Shown here: positions 1 to 13,325 of the stretch, one piece after another | Layout of the letters: every line of letters starts with the position of its first letter | How positions within the stretch are numbered: the first letter of the stretch is position 1 | Origin: Lama glama | Taxonomy: Eukaryota | Reading direction: 5' to 3' | Assembly: GCA_028534125.1 (NCBI GenBank) | Contig: CM052816.1 | Coordinates: forward strand, 23,562,001 to 23,626,000 | Length of the DNA: 64,000 nt | The notes under the pieces: model-generated | Told to the model about the DNA's origin: nothing | The model's database searches: none | The model's input: the letters and a program-made list of their open reading frames with translations, nothing else | Made by a program: the position numbers and the translations under genes

Positions 1-1127
1 TATTATCCATTAAAAGATTGTAGGTTGCAGAGCTGCATACATTAAAGGCCAAAAGATGACGGTGATTCACAAGTGCCAAGATGCAACAAAGAAAGTGACA
101 TTTTAAGGAGAATGACAGTGCAAGAAAGCTTAAGCACCAGAATACTCCCCTCCCTGCCCACCCCTCCTGCCGTCAGGGGTCATCCTGCTTTGGGGTGCTA
201 TTTGAAAAAGAAGGCTTTGTCTCACAGGCACTCCTCAGTTGTCCCCATGACAGCTCTCCACCAACTCCCACTGCTCCCACCTCTGGTCTACGAGCACTGC
301 ACACCTCACTGACAGAGCTCCTAGGGACTCCATTGCTGGCTCTCCTTGACACCACGCCGTCTCTGCCATGGCGCCATTTCCTTTACATCCCCTGAACTTC
401 ATCCTCCACTATGGAAACCTCCACTCTAATGAAAGATTGGGAATATCTAGAAAGTATTAGAACAAAGATGCATGTAGGAGGGACGAGATACCTTTACAAC
501 TGTATACTAAGTATGATTCATTGAGGAGTCCAAGAAAAAAAAATTGAGCCAGCCTTTCACAGAGGAGCTCCTTATGACAAACTCCCCTTTTCTAGCTTTT
601 GCCTTTCCATCTGAGGGTCTACCCTCTACTCTGTCAGAGGTAAATTTGGGTTTTAATCCTCCCTGTGAATATCTCTACCTCTTTTCTCCAACTTCTAGTT
701 TCTTACCTACAGAGGAAGTTCTGGTCTAAGAATCTGGTCCTTTACTTAGGCCCTGTACTTTACCCATCCCCCCAAATTGAATTCCTGAGTATAGAATAGT
801 AATACTTTAGGGTGAATTAGCAGGAGACTAGAGTTAGGACTTGGCACTCCATTCTCAGGGGACCCCAAGTCTGATCTGCTCAAGATCCCCACCTCTTTGA
901 GGTAAACTCATGCTTTCATTGTCTTCCCAAAAGGGTTTTCTTGTGTTGCTATGTTTTTTTTTCACTATACACACACATCTTCTCATAATGTAAACATAAC
1001 GTGTTTTTCCATAAATGAAACATGGTATTTTTGCAATAAAGGTGATAAATCATATTGTTAAAATCAGTAAAGTCAATTTCCCTCTGCTCAAACTTCATTT
1101 TCCAGACAACGTGTCAGGCAGAGTTTT

Positions 1128-1395
1128 TCAAAACAGTGGTTTGCAAACCCCTAGAGGTCCAAAAGGTGAAAACTATTTTAAAATAAGAGCTGAGATGTTA
1201 TGTGCCTTTTCTGCTTTCATTCTAAGTGTACAGTGGGATTTTCCAGAGACTAGGCAGCGTCCATTGCCATCATTCTGACAGCTAATGGGATATGGAATAT
1301 GTGCTTAGGGATCCTTGTGTCTTCTAAGATTTTTTTAAAAGTCAGCTCTTTGGTGTCTTTATTAATTTTTAAGAGTATAAAGAGGCCCTGAGACC
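1128..1395. mobile_element. hAT-Charlie1-related non-autonomous DNA transposon remnant
   Basis: The segment ggtgaaaactattttaaaataagagctgagatgttatgtgccttttct...gtgtacagtgggattttccagagact and the end tttttaagagtataaagaggccctgagacc resemble remembered Charlie1-family termini. Confidence 0.6.
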
Positions 1396-2449
1396 TCTTG
1401 ATAGTCTTAAACTGTGTAGGTTCTGGGGTTTGTTTTGAATTCTAACTCATGCCTGCTATTTCTATTCTGTTTTAACACTAACAAAATGAAAAGCCAGTGA
1501 AAAAGACTTTGAAGTAACTTCCAACTAGGTTTTAAAATGCTCGAATGATCATAAAACAAAGCTGATTTTTAAAAATATGTGTAGAGTAGTAATTATAGAG
1601 ATCAATCATTTTTTTGTAATTCCTAGGTCTTTTTATATTGATCCATTATTTTTGGTTGGGACCCACTTTGTTTCTCAGTACATCTGGTACCAGGAAGTAA
1701 CTTTTCAAGTGGTATAGAGTCTGAAGAAGAAGCTGGGTTTTATAAGCTTCTGAGCTCTGCTTAGTCTCTGCAGATCTGGGATAAAATAACGGGTAGGTCC
1801 TATAGTCAAGGAGAGCAATGCTTTCTAAGTAAATAACAGGAAACCTCTTGGGACACATAGAAGCCATACGGAATAGAAATACCAGAAATCAACTTTACAG
1901 ATGAATTTTAGCTTATTGATAGAGTTGTACACCATTTTTTCCCTTTCTGCTGTTTTTAAGGTGGCTAGAATATACAGAATCCAAAAGAAATTCAAAACTA
2001 AAAAGCTGATTTTTTTCAGTGACTATTACACTATAATTAGACAGTGTTGATGGGTTGTTTGATCTCAAACTTCATGGCAAATGACAACCCTGATAGTTTC
2101 TCAGTAGTTGTCTATTATAGGTCATTCTGGATAGAAAATGAATGTCTTCAAAAGGTAGATATGTTTGGCTTGGGTTTTCATTTTCTTCTCTAATAAATTT
2201 GACCTTAAACCAATTATCATTTTGTAAAGTATAAATATTATAGAGATTACACAGTATCTGAAGAAATTCCTTGGTTTCTTATGTAGTATACTATAAGAAT
2301 GGTTAGTTTTAACAAAACTATATTCAATATGTAGATACATAGATATCTCCTAGTGGAAGAAAACCTCAATTTTGGAGTTAGGAAAGAACAAAAATCCAAG
2401 TTCTAGGCTAAAGGGAAACGACACCGCTAAACTTCTCCTTAGAAAGGCT

Positions 2450-4700
2450 TGTGTGGAAAAACACCGAGATAATCGTCCTTCAAGAAAAGACTTGCCCTCC
2501 TCAAAACCTACCCCACCTCCCCTCCTGGCTAATGTATCAGTAACCAGAGTCAAAACCTCAGCTCAGCCTGCTGGGGAAAGCACCGACGCTACCAAAAGCT
2601 AAATGGATGCTGCACACAAAGATCCATCGAACCTGGCTAACGTGTGCCAGTGGGAACTGAGGGGACGGGTCTGGGAATGGGACCTGAGGGCACTGAACCG
2701 GAGGAGAACATACAGCTGAATAATGGAGTGTTTTCCGATGGGGGGTGTTCTCCCCTGGTTTACAAACAACACACTCGCAGTCACTCGGAAAGCAGGTTGG
2801 GGTGGGGCTCCTAATGAGGGGAAGGGGCTAGAGCTGCCCTGGCCTTGTCGGCAAACAATAAAAGGCTCACTTATGCAACGTGCTAGAATGGACCTACTGC
2901 GTAAGACACGAGAACGTATCGGATGACTGTGTTCACCAGGAGGACGAGGAGAACACGCCCCTCACCAGTACATAAAGAAACGTGAAGAGGTCACAGCAAC
3001 GCTGAGCAGCTCAGTAATGGCTGGCTTTGCTGGATAGGATTGATGGTAGGGTTAGTGTTTCAGAACGGAGATCTCTACTGTCAAGAAAGATGATAGGAAT
3101 CTAGAATGGAAGAGGCAATGGGGCAGTGCTTAACCACACAGTTCAAGTTGGATGAAATTACTGTAGCTGTCAACAAGGCCAGATTACTAACCAAGGGACC
3201 GTGATGGCCAATAAACACAGCTGCAAGGAAGATGGGAAATCAAGCAGGCTGATACTATTCTCCCAACAGAAAGAATTACAATTCCTTACTTGCTCAGTTT
3301 CCATCCTTGAGCAAGTTCATGGAGCCAGTGCCCCCGATTGAAGAAGAGGATTAAAGTTTAAGGATAGATTCTGTAACACTAAAGAAAGTGCACACAGTTG
3401 TAAAAGGGCATCAATGGGCATTTACTAAGTAACTGAATACTGGAAAATATCTAGATCTTTCCAACACTCATGCATGCAGGATTTGAGCTATCCTTGATAC
3501 AAAGGGCTCCAAATGTCATTATAGCCTTCTTTAGTTAAGGACATCTAGGAGGCCAGGTAATAAAATCCTGGCTCATGTCCATCTCATAGTGGAGCCATTA
3601 GGTCCCACAAATCCACCTGCTGTCCTGCAGAGTAAGCACTATTGTAGTGGGACATCCCAGATGGAAGCATCCGATACAGTCACCACCAATGGAGACAGGT
3701 AATCACAGCAATACAGTAGTCTGGGTGAAACAGAGACAGTTGCACAGTCAACAATGTCAAGGTCTTGGTTATATTGTGGTATTACCTTCAAGATCAAGAG
3801 CACCTCACGCCAGTCTATTTTTACTACAAGATTTGAGAAGGGCAAGGAGTGATGGAAGGCTATGCATACAAGTGCAAGGCTGCTTGGACCACATAACTCA
3901 GCAGTTCCCATGGGGCTGGACATACCTAGGACTGATGGAAACACAATATGAAGTCTCTAGCGTGTTACAATAGGGCTTTTACACAGACCTGTAGGACTTA
4001 CAAGCAATGCTATGCAATGCTTTCAGAGAACAGCTCCTCGCATGCTACCTGGCCCCCATAGAGACCGAGAATCTGATCCTGAGACACCAAATGCCTATGC
4101 GCCATAACCAACAATTGTGAGCTGTGAGCTGTCAAATCTACAAAGATTACAATGTTAAGCAGGCACAGCAACTCTCCACTGTATATTAGGAATGGTACAT
4201 TGGGGATTAGTCCTTAGATAGTCATGAAGATACAAGGAGACTACAGGAGGCATTATCACAGACGTCCTTCTACCACGTCATCCACCTGTATTTTACCAAT
4301 GACTCTCTGCTGTCTTCTACCAATGATCTCATGAGGGCTGGTGCTAGGTCCCTGATGACTAGTTGAAAAAAGGAAAAAAAAATATAGAGCTGATTGAAAG
4401 ATGGATCATCTCCGTTGGTGCTGCTCAAACAGGCCCCGCAGCTGCATTGCAGCCCCATTCCCTGGTGGCACTCACAGACAAGTGTATGTGCGTGTGGATG
4501 GTGCCCTGTGTCCAGTCAGCAGAACTTAGGTGCCTCTTGTCACTCAGTATACATGTAAAGAGAGGAGCTCGAGGTAAGAATACGTATGGATTTTGTGAGT
4601 AATGAAGACTTCGACTGGATGGTCTGGAAGGAACAACATTAGAAAGCGGGGACAAGTTGGTCTGGTAAGAGAAAGTACCTGTTCTAGACTTGCCCACTCT
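2450..4700 (+). mobile_element. Decayed ERV-L/MaLR-class internal region (gag-pol remnants, no intact ORF)
   Basis: ~2630-2696 translates NLANVCQWELRGRVWEWDLRAL (ERV-L gag-like). 4022-4102 translates FREQLLACYLAPIETENLILRHQMPMR, resembling ERV-L pol FEKQLLACYWALVETE..MGHQVTMR. ORF 4363-4602 contains AAALQPHS and QSAELR (RNase H region). Frames are broken by stops and indels. Confidence 0.8.
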
Positions 4701-4719
4701 TCTATTATCTTGTTTGTGT

Positions 4720-5900
4720 TTTCTCAGTGATTTGGAGAAGTTCTTTGTTTATTTAAAACAATGTCCCTTGCTGTGATACGTACTGCAAATAACTTTTTCT
4801 GAGTGATTTGCCATTTTACCCTCCTAATTTTATAATTTCACGTAGTCTTCATTTAAATGTAGTAAAATGTTTCAATTTTCTTTTAATGTGTGCTTTTGTG
4901 TACTACTTAATAAATCTGCCCTTACCCTCAACATCAAAGAGATGATCACTTTTGTTTTTGTCCAGAACGTTTAGTTGTATCTTTCACATTTAGATCTATG
5001 TACCACCTGGAGTTAATTTTTGTGCGCACTGTGAAGTAGGGGGGGTAGGGTGAGGTGAAGTTTTTTTTTTATAATTTTTTTAAAATAACAGATACTGAAC
5101 TAACTCAGTACTGTTTACTGAAACACCACCCTTGCCCACTGTACTGTAATGTAAACTTCATCACAAGTTAATGACTCTGTTGGGTTTGTTTCTGGACTCT
5201 CCACCTGATTCCATTGGTCTATTTCTCTATTTTTGTGAGACGAGCTAGCTGTTGTATCTTTATAATTCTTGACTGTAGGGCCTACAGTTTCATTTTAGTT
5301 ATTGTTTTCTTTTTAAATTTATTTTTACATTTTTTATTGTTATAGTCATTTAATAATGTGTCAAATTCCAGTGTAGAGCACAGTTTTTCAGTTATACATG
5401 AAAACTTCAGAATATACATTCATGTATATATATATTCATATATTCATATATATACATGTATTCATTGTCACGTTTTTTAATTTTCTCGCATTTTAGTTAT
5501 TGTTGTTTCTTTCCTTTCTCTTCCTTCTCCTTCAATTGCCAAACTTTATTTTGAAGTTTAGGCTTGCTATCAATCCTAGAATCAGCTTTGAACAGCAACA
5601 AATGCCTACTGCTATTCTGATTGGCTTTCACTGCATCTATAAATGAATTTGGGGAAAATGACATCTTTACAATCGTCAGTCTCCTAAGACATGAACAGGA
5701 TGTATCTCTTTACATTTATGTCTTTTTAACTTTCAGTGAGGTTTTGGAGGTTTCAGCACAGAGATCATGCACATCTTTTGCTAGATTTGTTGTTAAATAT
5801 ATGATATTTAAAATTGTCTTTTTAAATTATATTTTGCATTTGTCACTGGTATATAGAAACAAATGATTTATACATATTGATCTAGGTCATAACAAATTCT
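4720..5900 (-). mobile_element. Old L1M LINE fragment (ORF2 3' part), interrupted by a younger L1 tail
   Basis: Antisense L1 ORF2 signatures such as tttcacatttagatctatgtaccacctggagttaatttttgtg and gaatttggggaaaatgacatctttacaat. Confidence 0.7.
5307..5488 (-). mobile_element. Short, heavily 5'-truncated camelid-type L1 3' end with 16-bp target-site duplication
   Basis: T-rich antisense tail followed by tgtgtcaaattccagtgtagagcacagtttttcagttatacatg. Exact direct repeat cattttagttattgtt at 5291-5306 and 5489-5504. Confidence 0.85.
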
Positions 5901-7177
5901 CGTTCCAGTGATTTCCTTTTCTCCTGAGAATATGTTATATTATTACATTTCTTTGTATTTTGGGTAAATTTTCATTCTTCCCTGGATTTTATATACATTG
6001 TATTTTGAAGACTTTTGGTGCTATTTCATTTTCTCCAAAGAAGGATGTTTTTGTTTTAGCAGGCAATTAAGTGTAAAATTAGCAACTCTCTTGGGGAGCA
6101 ATTCAAGTTCCAGTTCAGTTCTAGTATGCTTAGCATGGCTGTTATAAGTCCATCTTGTACACTTTTGTTTAAGATACCAGCCAGGGATCTGGCAAAGTTT
6201 ATACATCGAGTTTTAATCTTCCTTTCTTTAGCTTTCTCTCCCTCTTTCTTTCTGGTGTCTCTGGTAGCCCTGAACGTTCCTCTCTGGTTCCTCTGGCCAG
6301 AACAATGGTGGGTTTTCTACTGAAATTTAGTCATGCCCTATGGTACAGACTTGGTGCGGGCGGGGTCTGCCTTCAAGCTAGAAACTATGAAGAAGAGCAG
6401 CTCACTTTCTCCCACAGGTCACACTCGTTCAGAACCTGCCTGCCCTAGTCTTTCTTGAATCTGTTCCGAAAGTGTGGAGTTGTTTCGTCCACAGCTGTCA
6501 TCGGAGGAATGGGTGGGTGGTTGGACTAACAGGAGCCTCCTCATCCAGCCACAGCTGAAACTTCAACTGGGCTCAGCAGACTGTTCTCTTCTGCCTTTCT
6601 GTTCCCTCTTGGTCTTCTTTTCTTTGAGGAATTACAGGAAATTTTAAGTTAAATACCAGACCCTATGTATAAAAAAAAATTAGAGGCTCTGGATAATCTA
6701 TTCCTTTCAGAAAGGGCATGTATTCTATGAGGCCAGATCAGCTTAATTCAATCAGAAACTGGGATGATTTGGGCTAGACTGTTGTAAATGTCTGTCTACT
6801 TGCATCTAGGAATGTTGTTCTTCAGGGCTCCAAACTAAGAGCATAGAGTATTTAACAGGACCTCTCTCCCTTGGCTGATCTTCAACTCATTTTTTTTTCC
6901 TCAGTATTATTTGAAAATACTGAACACCCCACCACACACACACACTCTACTTTGCAGAAGTTTATGACTTAGTATCTAAGTTTCTTGTGTTACAGAGTTT
7001 AAGAATTTGGCCAGTTTCCTAAGGGGACAGTCAAGACTGAAGGGTATAATTTTCTGCTCCACCTTCTTTCCACAATCCTGGGCCCTCAGGCCTGGGGATC
7101 TGTTTGGCAGATGTAGACTTCGTGTGTCATCTCTCCAACACAAAGAACTACTTGAAGCTTTCCTGCATGTGTTGAGA

Positions 7178-8637
7178 CGATCAAGTGGGATTTATCCCAA
7201 GGATGCAAAGATGGTTCAATATCTGCAGATCATCTCAACAGATGCAGAAAAACTTGTGACAAAATTTGATATCCATTTATCATAAAAACTTTCCACAAAG
7301 TGGGTATAGAGGGTATATAAGTGGAATTCAAATAGGAAAAGAAGAAGTAAAATTGTCACTGTTTGCAGATGACATGATACCATTCACAGAAAATCCTAAA
7401 GATGCCACCAAAAAACTACTTGGCTCATCAGTGAATCTTATAAATTTGCAGGATACAAAATATATAGAAATCTATTGCATTTCTATACACTAACAATGAA
7501 CTATTAAAAAGAGAAAGTAAAGCAACAATCCCATTTACAACCACACCAAAAAAAAAAAAAAACCCTAACTGAGGTGGTAAACGACATTTGTTCAAAAACT
7601 CTAAGGCATTGATTAAAAAAAAAATTGAAGATGACACAAACAGAAAGATATTCTATGTCCATGGACTGGAAGAAGTAATTGTTAGAATGACCATACTACC
7701 CAAGGCAATCTACACATTCAGTGTAATCCCTGTCTGAATACCAAGGACAGTTTTCAAAGAACTAGAACAAATAATTTAAATAGTTGAATGGAAACATAAA
7801 AGACCCCAAATAGCTAAAACAATCTTAAGAAGCATATAGATAGAGTTATCACACTCTCAGTCTTCAGACTATACTACAAAGCTACAGTGAGAAAAACAAT
7901 ATGGTACTGATACAAAAAAACAGACACTGATCAATGGAACAGAATAGAGAGCCTAGAAATAAACCCACACACCTATGGTCAATCTACAACAAAGGAGGCA
8001 AGAATATACAATGGAGAAAAGATAGTTTCTTCAATAAGTGGTGCTGAGATAACTGGACAACTACATGTAAAAGAATAACATTGGAACATTCTTTGATAAA
8101 ATATATAAAAATAAACTCAAAATGGATTTAACGCCTAAATATAAGACCAGAAACCATAAAGCTCCATAAGAAAACATAGGCAGAACATTCTTTAACATAA
8201 ATTGTAGCAGTATTTTGGGGACTCTGTCTCCTCAGGCAGAAAATAAAAGCAAAAGTAAACAAATATAACCTAAATTAAATTTAAAAGCTTTTGCACAGCA
8301 AAGGGAGCCATCAATAAAAGACAGCCTACTGAATGTGAGAAAATATTTGCAAATAATCTGACTCATCAGGGGTTAATATCAAAAATGTATACACAGCTCA
8401 TAGACCTCATTACAAAAACAAAACAAAACAAAAAACAAAAAGCCAAAACCCAAAGCAGCCCAATTGAAAAATGGGCAGAAGACCTAAATAGATATTTTCC
8501 AAGGAAGACATGCAGATGGCTAACAGGCACATGTAAAGAAGCTCAACATCATTAATCATCAGAGAAAAGCAATTCAAAACCACAATGAGACATCACCCAC
8601 ATTTGTCAGAATGGCTATCATCAAAAACATAACAAAT
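7178..8637 (+). mobile_element. L1 ORF2 fragment (RT to C-terminal region), degenerate, running into the gap
   Basis: ORF 7266-7493 contains [19 protein letters not shown], with FADD at 7362-7373. Downstream DNA follows L1 ORF2 (ttcagactatactacaaagctacagt; gaatagagagcctagaaataaaccca; agaatggctatcatcaaaaa) with many stops and frameshifts. Confidence 0.95.
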
Positions 8638-9137
8638 NNNNNNNNNNNNNNNNNNNNNNNNNNNNNNNNNNNNNNNNNNNNNNNNNNNNNNNNNNNNNNN
8701 NNNNNNNNNNNNNNNNNNNNNNNNNNNNNNNNNNNNNNNNNNNNNNNNNNNNNNNNNNNNNNNNNNNNNNNNNNNNNNNNNNNNNNNNNNNNNNNNNNNN
8801 NNNNNNNNNNNNNNNNNNNNNNNNNNNNNNNNNNNNNNNNNNNNNNNNNNNNNNNNNNNNNNNNNNNNNNNNNNNNNNNNNNNNNNNNNNNNNNNNNNNN
8901 NNNNNNNNNNNNNNNNNNNNNNNNNNNNNNNNNNNNNNNNNNNNNNNNNNNNNNNNNNNNNNNNNNNNNNNNNNNNNNNNNNNNNNNNNNNNNNNNNNNN
9001 NNNNNNNNNNNNNNNNNNNNNNNNNNNNNNNNNNNNNNNNNNNNNNNNNNNNNNNNNNNNNNNNNNNNNNNNNNNNNNNNNNNNNNNNNNNNNNNNNNNN
9101 NNNNNNNNNNNNNNNNNNNNNNNNNNNNNNNNNNNNN
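8638..9137. other. Assembly gap (exactly 500 N)
   Basis: Run of N from 8638 to 9137. Confidence 1.
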
Positions 9138-9377
9138 AGTTACAAATTTTTTGGTTTCTCAGTGTATATACACATTATGTTTGCACTATACTGTAGTTTA
9201 TTAAGTGTACAATAGCATTGTCTAAAAAAGGTACATATCTTATTTAGAAATACTTTATTGCTAAAATATGCTAACCATCATCTGACAACTCAGATTTGTC
9301 ACAACCTTTCAGTTTGTAAAAAATGCAGTATCTGCAAATCTCAATGAAGCAAAATGAAATAAAACAAGCTATGCCTG
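9138..9377. mobile_element. Internally deleted Tigger1-derived MITE (Tigger1a-like); one end lost in the gap
   Basis: Tigger1 subterminal aattttttggtttctcagtg...ctatactgtagtttattaagtgtacaatagcatt is fused to the other end ...gcagtatctgcaaa...aataaaacaagctatgcctg. It is followed by TA (9378-9379), the Tc1/mariner target dinucleotide. Confidence 0.85.
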
Positions 9378-10924
9378 TATTCTACAATTTAATGTTCACA
9401 CTATAGTGTCTGTAAGTATCTGGTTCTCCATGCTCGTAATAATATCAGGTTTTATAAACATTTTAAATCATTTTAATCAAATAATATTTTATCTTAGTGT
9501 TGTTTAATTTAGTTTTATATTTCACAGACATGCTGTTGATTTCTACATCTTAAATATCACAGCTATTTATTCATCATGCTGCAAGTATTTTCTTCAAGTC
9601 TTTCAAAATCTGGCAGATGCAATCTCTTGCTGATCAGCACATTTTTCAATTTTTGGTTTTGTCTTTGCATTAATCTTCTTAACTATATTTTTCAAAACCT
9701 CTGGATTCTCAGTTATTTATTGTTTACACGGTCTTTTCTTTTCTAACAGAATTATGTTCATATTCCAACAATAATGGTTGATTTCTCTAGCTCTCGGTTT
9801 ATGAATACCAAAGCTATTTTAGGTGCAAAAGTATTCATGACACTTACCTTTTTGGTAGTTTTGCCTTGTTGTCTCAATGAATGCTCTTTGAATTAAAATT
9901 TCTACTTTGGCTCTTTTATGTTTGCCATTTCTCGGTTTATATGAGTACAACTACTTACACTCTTTTTTGTTTTGACTATTTCTCTTAGAAGCAGGACAGA
10001 AACGGCCTTTTAAAAACAAAAGCTAAAGATCTCTGTCTTTAACAAAGATATTTTCATCCATTAAATTATTTTCTGATAATTGATTTTTAAATTTAGTTTT
10101 GCTTTTGTGTTTGTTATTTTTTATTTCTTTTTTGTTTTTCACTTTTTCTGCGATTTGAAGATTGAGTTCAGATTGATATAAGATGTTTTATTCCATTTTG
10201 CTGCATTCAATTTCTGTTTATCTAAATAGTACCTTTCAGTTTAAGCAAATTGTTTTTAAATTTTTTAAGTTATCCACTGAAACCCAGTTAAAAACCAAAT
10301 TATTCTTAAAATACATTAATTTAAAAACTTTTTTAATGACCCCAATACAGTGGTCTTAGGGAGTATTTGGAAGGCTTTGGAGAAGGCAAGTATGTTAGAC
10401 TACTGAGAAGCTAAACTGTGCTTCAACCTAAGCATATTGGTGGCATGATTATAAAGTGTTACACCGAGTTTGTACGAGAGCCAGAGACAGTAGGTCAGGG
10501 CCTGATGTGAGAACAACTGTGCCTCTTCCCCTTTCTTCCCACTCATGAGATACTGCGAGCACCCCGTGTTCTCACATGATGTCCCTTCTCCTTCCCCATA
10601 AAAAGGAGCTGTCATACAAGTTCCCAAAAGTCATCTGTGTTGGGAAAGAAATGAGTGAAACAATCTGCAGGGCTCCACAATGCCACGGTATTCTTAAGAA
10701 ATAAACGCCAGAGAAAAGAAATCAAGCTCTCGTATGTGGAATTTCAGGTACTATCCAGTTACTGAGACATCTTTTACCAGGACAGACTTTGTTTTTTTTA
10801 ATCTCAGAAATCACAATGCCAACTATTCTTCTAAACTTTAAAAAAAAAAAAGGAGGAGAAAACATTTAATCTACAAAATCAATATGATGATTATATAATG
10901 CCAAGAAAATCTTACATCTTAGGG

Positions 10925-11205
10925 AGATGTAGTAACAGCAAGATCATTGCCTGTGGAGTCAGACTGGTTAGGTTCCAGTCCTAGCTCTATGACTTACTAT
11001 CTTTGGGACCTGTGTTCATAACATCTCTGTGCCTCATTTTTATCATCTATAAAACAAACAGCAAATAGCTCCTACTTTGTTGAATTATAACGATAACTAA
11101 ATGAGACTATATATACATATGTATACACCACATATACTCACACACATATGTATTTAGCATCTAGCCTTCGTAGCATATTGTAAGTGTTTAATAAATATTA
11201 ATTAT
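10925..11205 (+). mobile_element. MIR SINE
   Basis: tggagtcagactggttaggttccagtcctagctct and the core aacatctctgtgcctcatttttatcatctataaaa, with an L2-like 3' tail. Confidence 0.85.
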
Positions 11206-12229
11206 TTTTATCAAAGAGAATGTGGTATTTAGTTTATACCTCGTGTTAACTTCATATTAAAATAAAAGCAAATCCTACGAAAATAATTCTCAAAAAGGAA
11301 CACATTTCTAAAAGAAATTTAACTTATAGACTGGTTTATAATGAACACTGATTAACAATGTAAAAGAACATTTTTAAATGACTCACACTAACTCCCAATA
11401 AAAAGCAAAGATAAGACATTTAACAAGGAAAATGTTACCTTTGTATTAAGGCATTTTTTACTTCTAATTTGAAAACAAATTCTTATAAGACCTCTAAAAA
11501 ACTGATATGATTATTCCAAGAGGATAACTTTGCTTCATTTCATTGCCACTTTTTTACCCAATATACAATCATATTCCTTCACATGCTACTTAGGGTAGTT
11601 GTGACTCAATCAAATCGGCAGAATTGTAGTTCTAACAGCACACCTCATTGTCTATAAAGTCTTTCAGTCTTTGGAACCAAGTATTTAACGTATTTATGCT
11701 GCATTTTCCTCAGTGGGATGGGGGAGACTTACAAAGCCTCAACTGGCTACTGTATGGGAGATTATGTCAGCTGAACCCGGAGATATATTTGAAAACCTTC
11801 TGAAATCTTTAAAATCTGCTAAACACCATCAGGGATGTATATCCAGATTAAACTGGTCTCATCTCTGACTCAGCCCCTGAGGGACACAGAGGCAGTATAT
11901 GGCTCAAATTTCTAAGTCTACCATCGGAAGACACACTTTTCTGACTTAAAGGGAAAACCTTGAAGTTTGTCCCCTGATTCCAGCTGTTAGTGAGATGAGA
12001 ACCTCCTCCAAGAGTAAACAGTATCTGGAAAACCATCTCTGAGCATGAGGAAGATCCAGAGTGTGGTCTCCATCTCTGAAACTTTCCTCCCTGCCCACAC
12101 CGCACCAGTGTCTGCTAGTGTGGTATAAATGACCTATACGTACCAGGTACAAATGGAGTTGCACAAGGAAACGGGAGTTGTACAGAGATCCTTGGGATTT
12201 GAAAATCAGGAGGAAGGAAGGGTAAGAAA

Positions 12230-12340
12230 ATCTCTTCTCTCCACCTGCCTTTTTGCCTCTGTCTCTCTGTATCTTTCTCTACCTCTGTCTTCTTTCTCTC
12301 TCTGTGTATCTCTCTCTCTTTGCCTCTTCATCTCTCTCTG
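12230..12340. repeat. CT-rich low-complexity tract
   Basis: Degenerate (CT)n: ctctgtctctctgtatctttctctacctctgtcttctttctctctctgtg. Confidence 0.8.
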
Positions 12341-13029
12341 GGCTATCTCCCCTTGCCACATCCATTTTTGTAAGTACTAAAAAAGATAGGCACTATGAAG
12401 AGATTTTTCCATGAAAGTGTGTCTGTGATTGGAGATTATCCCAATTCCTTCTCCAAATTCTACCTGAGCTTGACTTTTCTAAGTTTAGAGACATTATATT
12501 AGTCTAGACTTTACTTTTTCATATTGAAACGATCCTAATTGCCTTTTAAATTTAGTCTCTCTAGCCTATTAATTTTTTCTTTTCAAAATGCCCCTTTGAC
12601 AATTCTGTTTTGCCCAAGGACACTAATGAATCACCACTGTGCTTTGGATCAAATTTTAAAGAACAGTCTAGCACTGCAGGTTACCCTGTAACCACTCAGC
12701 CTCCTTTCTGAATTGACCCAGCACAGCTCATCTTCTATGAAGCCAGCCCCCTCATTATCTCACCACTTGACTTCTCCAGCTTCTCTGTGTTTGCTCAGAA
12801 GTTTTCATCGCCTTGAATGGCCCCATTCTTTTACTATATCTAAAAAATCCAACTATTCCAATTTCTAAAGAACCTTCCAATTACAGCATTTTTTATTCTA
12901 AGATTAAAATTATTTTGAGAAATACAAGATATTCTCACATTTATATCCCTAGTACTTGAGAATATGTTTTTTGCTATAGAACACAGGTCTTAATTGAGTT
13001 GAATTATAAATTCTGACTATCTAAATCTT

Positions 13030-13325
13030 CTACAAAGAGATGAGTCTCCCTTGACAACTCTAATTCTGATAATTACCCTTTATTTCATATTTCTCTTTGC
13101 TATTATAATTTTAAAAGTTGTAAGACTACCCTATTACTCCATTTTTACCCTATTGCATCTGCTATCTTTATCTCCTAAATTTGAATTTAAGCCTATGGGA
13201 GTGAGACTTCTTGCTCTGTTATCCTCTTTATCCTTGCTTAAATGAATTGTACCAGATTTTCAGCCTCTGAAAATCCTCAGTAAGTGTACTGCTGGCCTGA
13301 TGGCTGAATGCATGAATGGACAGAT
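13030..13325 (+). mobile_element. L2 LINE 3' end remnant
   Basis: tttaagcctatgggagtgagacttcttgctctgtt...ctcagtaagtgt...gctgaatgcatgaatgga resembles the L2 terminus with its TGAA repeats. Confidence 0.55.

Noticed and set aside
8611..9204. 197-aa ORF in the track
   Set aside because: Artefact of translating the 500-N gap.
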